The notes under the pieces are model-generated. The model was not told the DNA's origin, did not search any database, and saw only the letters and a list, made by a program, of their open reading frames with translations. Below, one piece after another: positions 34,636 to 48,499 of a stretch of DNA of 64,000 nucleotides. The position numbers and the translations under genes were made by a program. How positions within the stretch are numbered: position 1 is the first letter of the stretch; every line of letters begins with the position of its first letter. Origin of the DNA: Podarcis vaucheri (lineage: Eukaryota); NCBI GenBank assembly GCA_965113315.1, contig OZ220363.1; one strand, given 5' to 3'.

Positions 34636-37600
34636 GCTCCAAACTACACGTGATATGGCAGCAACAGTTTTAGTCCTCTCCATTCATTATTGTTTTTAAA
34701 AGCCACACTTGGTCTGGGCAGGCTACAAGGTGGGGTGTGAGAAAGACAGATGGAAGGGTGCTTAACCATTTTTATTCTGGCAATTTCCCAGCTCAAAATA
34801 TCACCCCCAATATGCATTTTAATCTTGGAGGTGGAAAGAAAGATGTCCCTTGCTGGGATGGGGAACCAGTGATTGTCCAGATGTTTTTTGATTCCATCTC
34901 CCATCAGTGATCAGGAATGATGGGAATTTTATTCCAGCAACATTCTGGAGGGCCATAGGTTCCTCATCGCTGGCCTAAATAGCTGTTTTGAGGATTTTTC
35001 ACATAGCATATATGTAAATGACTGATAATTCAGTCATATTCTATTTTTTTAGCTGAAGTTCTTGTGTTTTTAAAAATTAAGCAATTGGGTTAAAGAAAGA
35101 TCTGCTGGAGTCTATTTAGACTGTAACGTTGTAATGACTCAGGAGGTTTCTGAAATTTTGGCACCTTTACAAAACTGCTCTTTGCTGATCAAATTGCTGT
35201 TCTACCCTACCTGTTTATCACAGGCTTGAAATAGCAATTTAGGGGTGAAAAAATGCAGTTTGTAAGATTCTCAGAATAATCCTGTTTCTGGTACAGGAAC
35301 TGAAGTCAAGGTCTGTTCCACGTGTCTCTTTGAATAGCTCAAGCGTCAGACGTGATTATGACACATCTTTAACCTCTTTAAAATAGGATGGGATTGTTTT
35401 CACCTGCACAGCTCTTCCTCCAGCCTCCTTGACTCCCAAGACATGCCCTGACTAGTAGTAGCCTCTGAATTTCAGGAGATAAAAGTCCATTAGATTGTAT
35501 GGAGTGACTCTGAGAAATGCTGGAACATGAAATCTCTCAATTTTTTTTAACCTTGAGGCTGGTGATGGAGCATAGCAGATTGTAGTCTTTATGTAGAATG
35601 CGTTTAGAACTTCCAAGGTCAAAATATACTTATTGAACTTAAGATGGTGGGCATGAATGGGAGATGGCTGTTGCTCTCGTGTCTTGCTTGGGGGCTTCAC
35701 AGAAGCATTTGATTGGCCACTGTGGAAAATGGGATGCTGGATTAAATAAACCCTCTGTCTCACCGGCAGGCACCTATGTTCTTATGCAATATGGAAGCAG
35801 TATAGACCCAGAAGCACTGGGATCAATGTCCTTTCCATCAAGAGACAGGCCACCCTGATGTGATCTATGTGCCACTTAAAACAAAATGTTCATGCTGACT
35901 GGGCTGGTGGTTGTAGTCCCAAACTTTTGGAAGGCTAGTGAAAACAGTGCTTTCAATTAGTTGCCTGTGTGTTTTAAAACATTATATTGAGGGCTTTATC
36001 ACCTAAACTGGCTTTCCTACACAATGAATTTGGATGTGTGTACATGTGCAAGCCCATGTGTTTGTCACATGTGACCCACTCCATGTGAGAGTTTCATAAT
36101 GTCCTCCATGGAAATTCATTCATGGGTGAAACAACCCCTAATGGCTTAGCATTTCTGAAGAAGTATTTCACAATATATAGCTTGCCTGCCATAGAATTGT
36201 AGATCTTGGCTCATGAAGCACACATACCGAGGTTTATTCTAAATTGTGTTCTCATTTCAAATGACGCAAAAGAGAGGGAGGCTTGACATTTTTGGCTAGT
36301 TCTGCACATGAAGTGGATATGTTTTCTAGAAATGATGATGTTCCCAAGGGCTACCTAGTGATCTACAGTCACTGTGCCCACTTACCTGGGAATAAGCTTC
36401 ATTGCACTCAGTGAGGCTTCTTTTGATGCTAGTATAGGATCACACCATAATATACTGATACCCAAGTTCATCTAGTGGTTTTGATAATGTTGGAAGGGGG
36501 CCGTGAACAGTGAACCAGGAAGTCTCTGGTTCAAATGTCACTTTTTGCTATGAACTCACTACTTAGTTAGCCTTAGGCAAACTGATAGGCTCAGCCACTT
36601 GGCCATCTGACATACAGGGCTAATGATTCTGACCGACCTTGTATGCTTCGGAATTACTGAAAAAAGGTGTATGATTCAGTTGTGCTAAATAACTCTTAAA
36701 TAGTATTGCAGCTGGAGACTTGGATCTCCCACTAACCATGACGTCATGCTTATTCCCTGGTATGTGAAGAGGAGAAGGAGATGGGCTACCCATTGGCAAA
36801 AGGATCTAGACTGAATGTTTTCCCAAACAAGAATGGTATTTGATCATTTAATGATCATCAAAGCTGGCCTGCTACATCAGTACCACACAGGCTCACTATG
36901 ATTTTCTACTTTTCAACAAATGGCTTGCATGATTTGGGGAAACTGCTCCCTTGACTAAGCCAGACATGCTTTCTTGTTTTTAATTTCCCATCTGTAGACC
37001 TGAGCAGATATCTGTTGTTGATCCTTCCAGAGTGAAACAATGAGAGAGGCAGTGTGTTTCATTGGTTGGACAAAGACTGGGAAGACCAAAGTTCAAATCT
37101 CCCACTTAGCCATGATGCTCACCTTAGACTGGCCACCATACCCAACCTTGCAGGATTGTTGTGAGAATAAAATGGAGGTGGGTGGGGAGAAGATTTGTAT
37201 ATCACCCTGAAGTCCTTGAAGGCAGGCAAATCACAGTCAAGATAGTGTAAGCATTCCGGGTCTGTTTAACTAGATCAAAGTACACTTCTTTCCTAGTTTC
37301 CTTAAGCAATTGAGAAGTCCAGCATTTCAGGGAGGAAAACTTAAGCCTGAACAGCATAGAGGCTGTCTTGTTACACTGATGGTATCACAGCACATGCACT
37401 ATAAACATAAGAGAACTGAGGCTAACTAGGACAGATATCAGTAGTTATCAGGCAGACCAGCAAAACACAAAGAGCAGATAAAATGATCACAGAGAGATCA
37501 AACACCAAAGCCATACGTGACCATAAGGCATGGCATTCTGGTCAGCACAAAAGCCATTTTTTAGTACAATAAGCCAGATGTTCTTGGGAATGCAGATAAA

Positions 37601-37932
37601 ATCCAATAAGCAATGGCACTACTGTAGACACTTCAAAGAAATTGATTGTAGCTGCTGTTGACTATTAGCAAAGAGGGTCTGGTCTTGTCCTGAGATCTCA
37701 TGTGACCTGGGTTCAAATTAGTCTTCAGAGTAGACTTTTTATATGACCTTTTGAGAAGTCAGGTCAGAGGTACCATTTCATGGGCTGAGTCTGATAGGGT
37801 TTCCTGCAACCCCTTGTCAACGCTCTTCCAGATTTTCCGGATTTATATTCATCTCAATCAAAGGTTTGTAAGTCAGCTTGTTTCCAATCAACACATGGAA
37901 TTTATGTTTTGGTTTTTACCCTAAGTATGAGG

Positions 37933-38271
37933 TAAAAGGTAAAGCCCTGACCATTAGGTCCAGTCGTGGCCGACTCTGGGGTTGCAGCGCTCATCTTGCT
38001 TTATTGGCCGAGGGAGCCGGCGTACAGCTTCCGGGTCATGTGGCCAGCATGACTAAGTTGCTTCTGGCGAACCAGAGCAGCACACGGAAATGCCGTTTAC
38101 CTTCCCGCCGGAGTGGTGCCTATTTATCTACTTGCACTATGATGTGCTTTTGAACTGCTAGGTTGGCAGGAGCTGGGACTGAGCAATGGGAGCTCACCCC
38201 GTCACAGGGATTCAAACCACCGACCTTCTGATCAGCAAGTCCTGGGCTCCACAGTGCCACCCGTGTTCCTA
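37933..38271 (-). mobile_element. Sauria SINE, near full length
   Basis: Recognisable Sauria SINE body (GGTCATGTGGCCAGCATGAC, TTTACCTTCCCGCCGGAG, GAACTGCTAGGTTGGCAGGAGCTGGG) and ACCTTT-type tail on the - strand; TSD TAAGTATGAGG at 37922-37932 and 38272-38282. Confidence 0.88.
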
Positions 38272-39386
38272 TAAGTATGAGGACATTGCCATTTTATGAG
38301 ACTTGTGGTCCTACAAATATTTTACTCTGCAGCCTCATATTAGAAAGAGAGTCAGCAGGCTATAGAGACCATCGTTCTTTCTCTTGTGCATCACCATTTA
38401 GTTAACAAACTTCATTTTGGATTCCTTAGTAGCACATGCAACATACATATGCCACTCACAGCTGATGTGGTTGCTGTGGGATAACTTTTACTGCATTAAA
38501 TGACTGATGCCGGAGATGGCAAGGATTGCTGCCCACATCAGTTACAGCTGATTTCAGATAAATTATTTTGTTTGGAAAAATAGAAAAGATTTGGATTTCA
38601 AAGTTCTAATTCAAGATTACAGCAACTTTTTTTTTATAAAAAGCTACTGGATTATTTTTTTAAAAAAATAAAAAGGTGCCATTATTGATCTCAGAGGTTT
38701 CAGAACAGGTAAATCTGTTTAGTCCAGAGGAGTGGCGGCCAACGTCTGGTCATTTTGGCAAGGGTTGTTGGGAGATTGTGTCCAACAACATGGGCCAGCA
38801 CAGGTTCCCTATCCCTGGCCTAGACTGTGGGGAGAGAGTTCCTAGATCAATGATGCTCTTTAAATGATTGGGCCCCCTGTAAATCCCACCCCTCCTTAAA
38901 GCTTGGAAATGCATCTCGTATACTCTGCACACCGCAAGCTTTCTTTTTCTCATCTCTGGGACCAACCACATAAGCTGAGATGTTGCTGGAAGGATAAGCA
39001 GCACCTGCATTTTGTCTCCAGCTTATCTCCATCCTTCCCAAGGACCAAGCAGAACCTATTTAAAATTCAGATTGGTTTTGCATCCGCCAAGCTCACTCGT
39101 GACACTATCCTCGACCCCACCAAACCTATTTGCATGAACAAATGCCACTCAAAATAAATACAGCATTACTGCATCTAAGTAGGATTGACTTAAGTGGATG
39201 CTTTCTTTGCTTTGGGCACTCTTTTGTTCCATGTTGCACTGCTCTTAAAACTAAGAGAGGCTCATGATGAAACTGACAGACAAATTAGATCAGGTTAGCA
39301 AGGCGTTTGTGAACTGGGGCAGTGAGCCTTCCCTCCACCCGCACCCACCAGCATCTCTGGTTGGACTTCAGCTGCATTCCACCCCC

Positions 39387-39387
<1 letters not shown>

Positions 39388-39422
<35 letters not shown>

Positions 39423-39424
39423 TC
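39388..39424. repeat. (TTTC)n microsatellite upstream of APLNR
   Basis: Direct reading. Confidence 0.9.
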
Positions 39425-39860
39425 CTCTGGAGAGTTTAGGATGAGAGGATGTGTATGGTTTGTTTGCAAGTGGGTGGATACAAATGACAGATGGAGCTGC
39501 CCAGCACTGCAGGGGGTCAAGTCGTCCAATTCACATAAGGATGTTGAGTGAAAGCAAAGGGAGGGGTGGGAAAGGGGGCTGGGTCGCCTGGATTTTAAGA
39601 CAAATCCCAAGGAAGGAACTGCAGCCTCCTGAGTGTGTGTGAGAGAGTGAGGAGGAGATGACACACAGGCTGAGCAAGCCCCTGGCCAGATCTGCCTAAA
39701 GCTGTGATAAGGAGGCGCAGGAGAGGCAAATGAGCTGAGACCCTGGGACTTTTTCCTCCTTGCAACAAGGAAGGAACTTGTACGGAGTGGATCCAGATTG
39801 GTGAAGGATTCTACAAGATTGGAAGAGAGGCCTCTTCCACATTCTCCTTCTTGAGCAGGC

Positions 39861-40979
39861 ATGGAGTCCAGCAACGACACTGACAGCTACCCAGGCATTC
39901 TGGAGTGTGACTACGAGGACTGGAGTTCATCCAGGATCCTGATTCCCTCCATCTACTTGCTGGTTTTCTTCCTAGGCACCACTGGCAACGGCCTGGTACT
40001 ATGGACCATTTTCTGTGGAGGCCAGGAGAAACGGCGGTCTGCAGACACGTTCATTGCCAACCTGGCAGTGGCAGACCTCACCTTTGTGGTCACCTTGCCA
40101 CTTTGGGCTACCTACGTCATCCTGGACTACGACTGGCCCTTTGGCTCTTTTGCCTGCAAGCTCAGCAGCTACCTGGTCTTTGTCAACATGTACGCCAGTG
40201 TCTTCTGCCTCACAGGCCTCAGCTTTGACCGCTACCTGGCCATCGTCCGCCCCATCGCAAATGCCAAGCTGAGGTCCAAGGTTAGTGGGCTTTTGGTGAC
40301 CCTAACCCTCTGGGCCATGGCAGTCCTCCTAGCCTTGCCAGCCATGATCTTCCGGAGCACAACCGTCTTCACCGGGACAGACAAAGTGACGTGCTACATG
40401 AATTTCTCCAGTGTGGCCACCGATGAGACCGAGCAGATCTGGGAAGCAGGGCTGGGCTTGTCTTCCACCCTCCTGGGCTTTGTGCTTCCCTTTGCCATCA
40501 TGCTGACCTGCTACTTCTTCATTGCCCGCACCATTGCCGGCCACTTCCGAAAGGAGCGCACTGAAGCGCTGAGGAAGCGGAAGCGCCTGCTGACCATCAT
40601 CATCGTCCTGGTGGCCACCTTCGCCGTCTGCTGGCTGCCCTTCCACTTTGTGAAGACCATCTACATGCTGATGGACTGGGGGGTGATGCCCTTGTCTTGC
40701 GGCTTCCACGCCTTCCTCAGCAACCTCCACCCGTACAGCAGCTGCTTGGCCTACATCAACAGCTGCCTCAACCCTTTCCTCTATGCCTTCTTTGACCCCC
40801 GCTTCCGACAGGCCTGCGCTGCCGTCCTCTGCTGCAGCCCAGGGCATTTGGCAGGATCTGGTGGGGACAAGTCTGCCAGCTACTCCTCCGGCCACAGCCA
40901 GAACCACCTGGGGAAAGGAGCAGATGCACAGCGGGAGAAGCAGTGCCCCGACAGCCAGGAGACTCTGCTCCGGGGATAA
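39861..40979 (+). CDS. APLNR: Apelin receptor (class A GPCR), 372 aa, intronless CDS
   Basis: Seven hydrophobic segments. ECDYEDW N-terminus, GNGLV, KRRSAD, LAVAD, CKLSSY, FDRY, CWLPFH, NPFLY, Ser-rich tail [16 protein letters not shown]. Strong Kozak gcaggcATGG with an in-frame upstream stop at 39852. Synteny with TNKS1BP1 indicates the ortholog of human APLNR. Confidence 0.96.
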   Translation: MESSNDTDSYPGILECDYEDWSSSRILIPSIYLLVFFLGTTGNGLVLWTIFCGGQEKRRSADTFIANLAVADLTFVVTLPLWATYVILDYDWPFGSFACKLSSYLVFVNMYASVFCLTGLSFDRYLAIVRPIANAKLRSKVSGLLVTLTLWAMAVLLALPAMIFRSTTVFTGTDKVTCYMNFSSVATDETEQIWEAGLGLSSTLLGFVLPFAIMLTCYFFIARTIAGHFRKERTEALRKRKRLLTIIIVLVATFAVCWLPFHFVKTIYMLMDWGVMPLSCGFHAFLSNLHPYSSCLAYINSCLNPFLYAFFDPRFRQACAAVLCCSPGHLAGSGGDKSASYSSGHSQNHLGKGADAQREKQCPDSQETLLRG

Positions 40980-42354
40980 AAGCTGGACTACGCCACATAC
41001 AAATGTCAAGGACTTTGGAGATAAGGGGCTCTGTTTTCCTCTTTTCCACCCTCTTCTGTGGGCCCTTGCTTTTTAATGCTATTATCTTTTTCAGGGTTCC
41101 CTTACCCCTTCTGACATACACCCCCTTCTGCCTTTCTTTGTCTTTCTCTGCCCACCACCTTGTCCCCTAAACCAGAGCTGGAAAAATTGGTGGTCTTCAA
41201 TTGTTGCTGGACTCAACCTCCCATCATGGCCCAAAGGTCAGGGGTGATGGGAGATGTGGTCCAACATCCATGTTTAACTTTGCCACTTGACCTCTTTTTA
41301 AGATGGAATATCCTGCAGTGATGGGATGAGCTAGGCTCCCAAGGAACAATTAGGAGCTCTGCCAGCTGTTCTGGAGTGAAAAATACAGGTCATGGTGCTG
41401 AAACATAACTTTGCTGGGCACTGGCTCTGTCTCCTGCTCCATAGCACTTTCAATATAGTTTTGCTTCTGTCCCCCCCCCGCACATCTGTGCTTTTTATTG
41501 GCACGGTGCAAAGATAAATCTGCCTTAATTTGTGCTACTTGACATTCCAGTAGCACGGCAGCAGGAAAGAGGGAGCAGAGATGAGTTCCTTAAGAGGTGA
41601 CCAGCTGTCTTAGGAGGCAAGCAAAGTCTGCAATCCCCCACACACATAGTTGGGAACGAGTCCCCTCGAACTCAGACTTCTGAGCAGGCATAACTGGGGT
41701 TGCGCAGATGGTCTGATCACCGAGGAGTCAGCCTATAACTTCTAGGCAAATTCTGGGCATTCTAGAAAGGCAGCAATCCCATGCGCATGAAATTAACGGG
41801 ACTCGTTTCCAATTAAATCAGGACAGGATCATCCAGTGTGTCCCACTGGGTTCCACTGGGCTTACTTTCAAGTAAGCAGCATAGGATTGCAACCTTGGGC
41901 TAGGATTTTTAGTTTATGGTGAATCCCGCCCTCCCCTGGTTATAGAACCATAAAATTGTAGAGTTGGAAGGGACCCCAAGGGTCATCTAGTCCAACCCCC
42001 TGCAGTGCAGCAGTGTCAGAATTCATTCTGCTCCACACTCCCTAAATAACAACAAACCTGGGAGTAATAAATTATTATCTGTAGCTGGCTGTTGTTATTT
42101 TTTTATTTTTATTTTTTTGCTGCTGCTGTTGTCTGAGCCAGCCTCTGGTCAGGATTCCCTGACTCAGAAGTTTCCCCACCCACACAATTCATTCTTCTTG
42201 TCAGGAGACACTTGGGGATGTGATTGATTTACAGCTCCCGGTTGCTCTAGACCTCTGCCAGAGCAAAATGACCACAGCTCAAGGAATGTATCCTTTTTAA
42301 GATCCAGCACTAGGACTGGCACCATGGACAGAGGTCTCCGGCCTGCTCCCTGTA

Positions 42355-42601
42355 CAGTGGTACCTCGGGTTACATACGCTTCAGGTTACATAAGGTTCAG
42401 GTTACTGAATCCGCTAACTCAGAAATATTACCTCGGGTTAAGAATTTTGCTTCAGGATGAGAACAGAAATCGTGCTCCGGCAGTGCGGTGGCAGCAGGAG
42501 ACCCCATAAGCTAAAGTGGTGCTTCAGGTTAAGAACAGTTTCAGGTTAAGAACGGACCTCCGGAACGAATTAAGTATCGTACTTAACCCGAGGTACCACT
42601 G
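42355..42601. mobile_element. Tc1/mariner (Tigger-like) MITE in the APLNR 3' UTR region
   Basis: Perfect 18-bp TIRs CAGTGGTACCTCGGGTTA / TAACCCGAGGTACCACTG, TA target-site duplication. Confidence 0.85.
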
Positions 42602-43511
42602 TAGTTGAAATGTGCCTTATAAGATGCACTGAGAATAGATACCAGGCTGCCCTTCCCTTTGTTCTTCTCCCTCTTTTCCTGTCTGTTAACACCCCCTCCC
42701 ACTTTATTTCCTGCCACAAGATGTGAAGGAAAGATGTGAGGTGTGAGAAACTATCTCCCCTTCCTCACACACACACAATTATGGATGGTTTAGTAGGAGT
42801 GACTTCTTGGGTTTTCAGTTTTTTATGGTATAATCCCCCTCTTTCCCCACAATTCACTGGGAGCTGGTTTCTCCCAGAATGTGTACAGAAACCCCCCCCC
42901 CCTTTGCAGGCAATATGAACAGAAATGGCAAAATGCAGTTAATATTGCATATGAGCTCCCTTTTAAGGGGGTTGGGACCAAATGGCAACTTTCTGATAAT
43001 TTCCTTCTGTTCATTCTCCAGTTTAATATATTGAGCCATGCATCAAAATGCTCCAGAACACTATTATAGGCGTGTTCACATGTTGCATTCAAGGAGTGTG
43101 CTGTCTGTGTACCTGTCTACACATATAATGGAGCTGTATATATCAGATAGTTACACTCTTTTGCACAAAGACTTGCAAGTGTGTAGAGAAAGCTTGTAAC
43201 TGTGCTCTCTGCAAGCTATGAACAAACCTTGAGAAATTTGTCTGTTGGCAAAAGGTTTATGTATGAAATGACCTTAATAATGCATTCTCTGTTCTTATTA
43301 ATCTAGAGACCCTAGGACAAAATTGCAAACCAAAAAAAAAAAGTTTGAATCTCTCACTTGCTATATTTTTTTATATCTGAATGATTATTTTAAAAACGAC
43401 TCATGTTTAATTTCCTAAACTTTTTTTGTATAAGATTTCTGCTGACCTTTAAAAATTTTAGCAAGTGCTGCAGACTGGAAAGAGGCTTTTAGCAATCAAA
43501 TACTCTGCTTG

Positions 43512-43517
43512 AATAAA
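43512..43517 (+). terminator. APLNR: Probable APLNR polyadenylation signal
   Basis: AATAAA after an AT-rich UTR-like block (43250-43510), followed by a TGTTTTTGT downstream element. Confidence 0.55.
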
Positions 43518-45856
43518 GAATAGCGAACTGGGAAATGCAAATGTTTTTGTATAGATCCTATTGAAACAAAAGTATTCATCATCATTATTTTTTTTATCCT
43601 GCCTAATCCAAATTCATTTCCCACCTGAGAATGTAATGTTCTATTGTTGAATTAAAGAATCTTAAAATGTATTAAATCCACATCTTTGCTGTCTTCCTGG
43701 GGCAGGGTGGGGGAGGGGAATCTCTCTCCCAGTGGTAAAAATAGATGTGCAGATGGCTCTCGTTCTGGAGAGGACGTGCTGCTGACTGAGGTTGTGATGC
43801 ATTTAACAGAACCAAGCGATAGAACTTTCCCTGAATTGTACCATTTCAGGGTGCAGGTGGGAGGTTTCATGTTTAAAAAACCTCCCCGGATATAGAAAGG
43901 TAGCATTTCAGGGAAAATATGAGGTTGAACAATTCTCCATGGTATGTTCCTTTTCAAGATGAAGAGAAAGTTTTAGATAGGTGGATTTAAACATGAAACC
44001 CCACCCCCAGCTGCAACCTGAAAAGCAAGCAATCCAGAACAAGCTTTCCCACTTGATTTTGGCTAATGTCTAAAAGGGCTCTGTGTGTGTCAGCTTCTTT
44101 CTCCTTGGACAGAGAAAGCGCACACCCTAATTTGGATTATGCATATGTGATGTGTTTCTGAGCTGTCGATGCCCTTGTCTTAAAGCCTTGAAAAGACTGC
44201 AGAAAGGAGACTAGGAGAGGGCAATCTGGTTAAAATTCCTCTTTGAATTTTATTATGATTGATCTCATGCTGCTATTAAGCTTTCCCACAAGCTTGATAG
44301 TAGCACTGGGGGGGGGGGCAGGATTTAAAACTTTCCTCTTCCTGGGATGCTCCCTGTGCTGCTCAGCTGACTGGAGAACAGCTGAGAGTGATGAAAAGGG
44401 GAATAGACTGCTGGAAAAAATGTTAATAATATGGGGTCTCATCCTTCTTCCTCTTCCTCAGCTGATCGGTGGGAGGGTATTTCATGGGGGGGGGGTAAGA
44501 GGGACAAAAGGTAACAGGGGTGGGTGGGTGCAGATTGCACAGTTCTAAACAGGAGATGTTGCGGGGGGAGGTTCTTGGAGACTATGCATATTGCCCAGAG
44601 AACACACAAAATGCAGTCAAGATATGGCCTGTTGGAGATTATCTCCCAATGTCTGGAGAATATACAACATTCGGCTGAGATATGGACATTCCCTAAGGCC
44701 TTTTGGAGATTATGTACATTGACTGGGAAATGTGCACAGTTGCCTTTTATGTGCATATTCTCCATGAGGCCTGGTTAATGTGCATAATGTCTGGTTGTTA
44801 TGCACATTAATTGCTCAAATTACATATATAGCGAAGGCACTGGCTCTGGTGTTTAGTGCCTATGGATCATGTTGGTGCTTGCCTATTGTATCTGGAACCA
44901 CCCAGGTGTCCATATGCACACCTCTCCTCTGGATGCTTTAGGGGAAGACTTGCCCATCCATGGTGGCATTGCCCTCTTTGCTCCCTCCCACTGCAAAAAC
45001 ATAGCAGAAAGCTTCAGAGAGCAATGTTCCCAGACAAAGCCACAGCTCAAACAATCTAGTTTGCTCTGCTACCAGATTCCTTGCTGGAGCCAGATGCAAG
45101 GGAAACCAAACATTCAAAATGCAAAAAGAGATAAAAACTGATGCCTGAGCGCAAATAACTGCTAGACGCCCCAGTGTCCTCACTACAGAATTCTTGAACT
45201 TTCCACTTTCAGATTCCCAAAGAGTGTCACTCTCTCTTACTCTTCACCATTATGCTTTTCACCAGTCACAAACACCAATGATGTCTCCTAGGGCTCCCAG
45301 ATGTCTGCTTATCCCACATGCTTCTCCCAAGAAAACTCACTCTTTAGTGCTGAATAAAGACAAACATCAATCGGGTTTTCAGCAGATTGATGTTTGCTCT
45401 GATTTAACAGAGCGGGTTTTCCCTGGTAAAGCACTGGGACAAGCAGAAAACAATTTGGAATCGTGCCTAGAAAGCATGGGACAAGTGGAAGCCTTCTCCT
45501 TTCATTGCTGGGCTCTCCCCTATTCCTGCTGTCCAGCTAGCTGATGGAGAGGGCTGTGACCCCACATCCACTTACCTGGGAGTAAGTTACATCAAACTCC
45601 GTGGGGCTCTCTTCTGAGCAGAGATGCATGGAAATGCATTGTAACTGTACCTATCTGACTGCCACCATGCTCCCCCCTTTTCAGAACTTTGCTACCACAA
45701 CTATTTTGAGTGTAAAACTTATTTTAGGAGTGAGATGTGTGCTAATTAAAGTGGGTACGTTGGTTAAATCTAAATCTAAAATGGTACTTTATGTGTCACA
45801 AGACACAATTAACAGAGCTTCTCAAAAATTCTTTGGAGTGGGCACACCAGTCGGTT

Positions 45857-46024
45857 AGATCAGTAGATTGGGGATGCAGCTCACAGCTTCAATCCTCAGC
45901 ATCTCCAGGTAGGGTTGGGAGAGACACCTGCCTGAAATTCTGGAGAGCTGCTGCCACTCAGTGTCAATAGAACTGCTCTGCATAGACCAATGAACAGAGT
46001 CAGTATCAGGCAGCTTCCTGTGCT
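45857..46024 (+). mobile_element. tRNA-derived SINE (second family)
   Basis: TTCAATCCTCAGCATCTCCAGGTAGGG...CTGGAGAGCTGCTGCC...AGGCAGCTTCCT; a split antisense copy lies at ~13642-13690 and 13860-13970. Confidence 0.55.
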
Positions 46025-48499
46025 TTGTGTTCAACAGATGATGATGAATCTGACTTACTTGACTGCTTCACCATAACACTAAAGTGATACAGGAGCATCA
46101 GTGCACATGCTGTTTTATCAAGTTCCCCTGTCCTATGTGAGTCCAAGCATCACAAGCTGCTTTTATACCAATACTATCCTGACATCCCACATGCCTTGGG
46201 CGCATCACCCTGACGGCAGCTTCTGCTATCTGTTGAGTATTAGGGCCAGGGAGGAATGTGCAGGCTGGGCTATATATTTCTTGGGGAAAGCACATAGATG
46301 CTCCTATGGGAAAGATTTATTGTTTATTATTTACGGCATGTCTATCCCACCTTTTTCTCCAATGAGCTCAAGGTGCTGCACAATGCACATGGCTCTCCAG
46401 TTCCACATATAATCTCCAAAACACCCCTGCGAGGTTGGTGAGGCTGAGAAGCAGGCCCAAGATCACATGGTGAGTTACATGGTCTCCCAGATTTACTCTT
46501 TTCCTAAACTGGGAGCAAGGCGAACAGCAACGTGGACATACAAAATGACCGTAACCAAATTACCAATGCCACTATCAAACGGCGGAGGATATGCAGCTTT
46601 TTCACTTCTATCTAGCCTGCACGACTTCACACTGCATGAATCCACTGTTGATGCTTTGCTTGTGTGAAACAGCTGCATCAGATCAGCCATCAATGGAAGA
46701 ACTTTTCCACCACCTGAAGAGTGCTTGTTTCACCTATGGAAACAAGCAGTTGACACATTCAGCAGCCGCTCAGCCAGTGATGTGCATGTTTGTGTGAACT
46801 GGCTCTCAAAAGTCCTCTGCTGTTCAGTAGGTTTCTTCTCACCCAACAAATCCACCTAATTATTTCAGCTCTTCCTTTGTAGTCTCCCTGTCCTGAAAAT
46901 AAAGAGGGGCAAATGGTGCTAAACCTCTAGCTGGCAGCTCTGTGATACATTTGTCATCAGGACCCTATCAAGTCAACTACAGGCAGAGAAAAGCAGAGAC
47001 AATTTTGAAGGGTGTGGGGGGGAGGAGAGGGGCTTTGGCTGATGGAATTTGCTAAGTGAATTCTGCCCATGAATGGCTAGCTGCATCAAGAGCAAAAATA
47101 AGTGAATAAACTCCAGGTTTGGCGCACAAGTTAAATGAATAACGGTTGAGGGAAATGGATATGTTTAGTTTTGAAATGCTGTTATAGAAGAGAGGCAAAG
47201 GTAATATTTACAAATGTCTAGGAAGAAGAAATGAAAGACTACAAAAGGTGTGGCATGCATTGATTTGAGGGTAAACCTGGAGTTCTCTTGCTACAGTGTA
47301 AGAGAAGTGAGAACAGCAGTAATAATGAAGGAACAGCGTTGGGATGGCACAGTGACTCTTTTGTCCCTCTCTTGCTGCTTCGGGACAGGCGGGGATTCTG
47401 GGCTATATCTTGAAATTTTAATGGGTACAAAGTTGCAGCCAAGCATTTCCTAAATGTACCAAAACTACCAAAACGATCACTTTGAGTAGTGGATTAGTGA
47501 GGTTTTTTTTTTTTTTAAAGGTTGATTTACTTCCCCATGTCCCTGAAATTGGATCTGTTTACTTTGCCTTCCTTCTGTTTAGTTTCCCCTTCAAGTGTTG
47601 CAAAATGTTAATTTCTTCCTGGAGTTCTGTTAACTGCGTCCCTGGCAATTAGATCAAAGCAGAGCCAGCATGTTGTATAATAGTCTCTCCTTAAAATAAA
47701 ACAAAGGTTTTAAAATCTGAACTGCTAGATCAAGGCAGAGTTCCCGCCCAAAGCTTCAGCATTCGCAAATTAAATAAAATAGACTTTGTTAAACCTGAAC
47801 TGCTAAGTAGTTAGGCAGTGGCTCCCAGTTCCCATCCCACCATCTCCCATCTTCAGTCCCAAATCCACAGAAATGTCAAGGACCACCTGAATGAAGCTTG
47901 TGGCCCACAGACCAGTTTGGGAATCCCTGGTGACAGAGTGTCAGAAAATTTCATGGCAAGGCCTTAATTCCCTTTTCTCTGACTGAAACAGATGCCAAGA
48001 TCAGACTTCACGTGCAGAGTGAGCTCTTTGGCCTTAAAACATCGCAATATGAAGTATCTTTAATGGCGGTGGTGGATGTGAATCAATGCAAAATAATAAA
48101 ATGTTTATCCTGGTTTTCTCACTTTGGTTCTAGTAATAAGAGACAGGGCTTATCCTAAAAGGCAGCGTACTAGCCAAAATAGCCACCCCTGGGATTTTCA
48201 GAAGCCAATAAGTGCACTTGTGGGTACCAGGCCACGTAATTCCGCATTCTCTGGGTGACTGGGATTAAGCCAGACGACTGTTTATCAAAAAGGCAATTTA
48301 CCTCAGTGCTTATGTGACCTCTTGATTACAGATAACTATTTAACTATGTATTTACATCGAGTAATACATTTAATCCTTTTGTTTAGGGAGGCTAACCTTG
48401 CTGGTTGGTTTATGGAACTTTGCTGTGCAGTTCACTGCTGGGGGGGGGGGGCTTTTGGCTGAAAAGTAGTGTATAAGTTAACTGGGGTTGGGGAAAACC

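Noticed and set aside
40329-41009. 226-aa antisense ORF over APLNR
   Set aside because: Typical shadow ORF produced by high GC at third codon positions on the sense strand.
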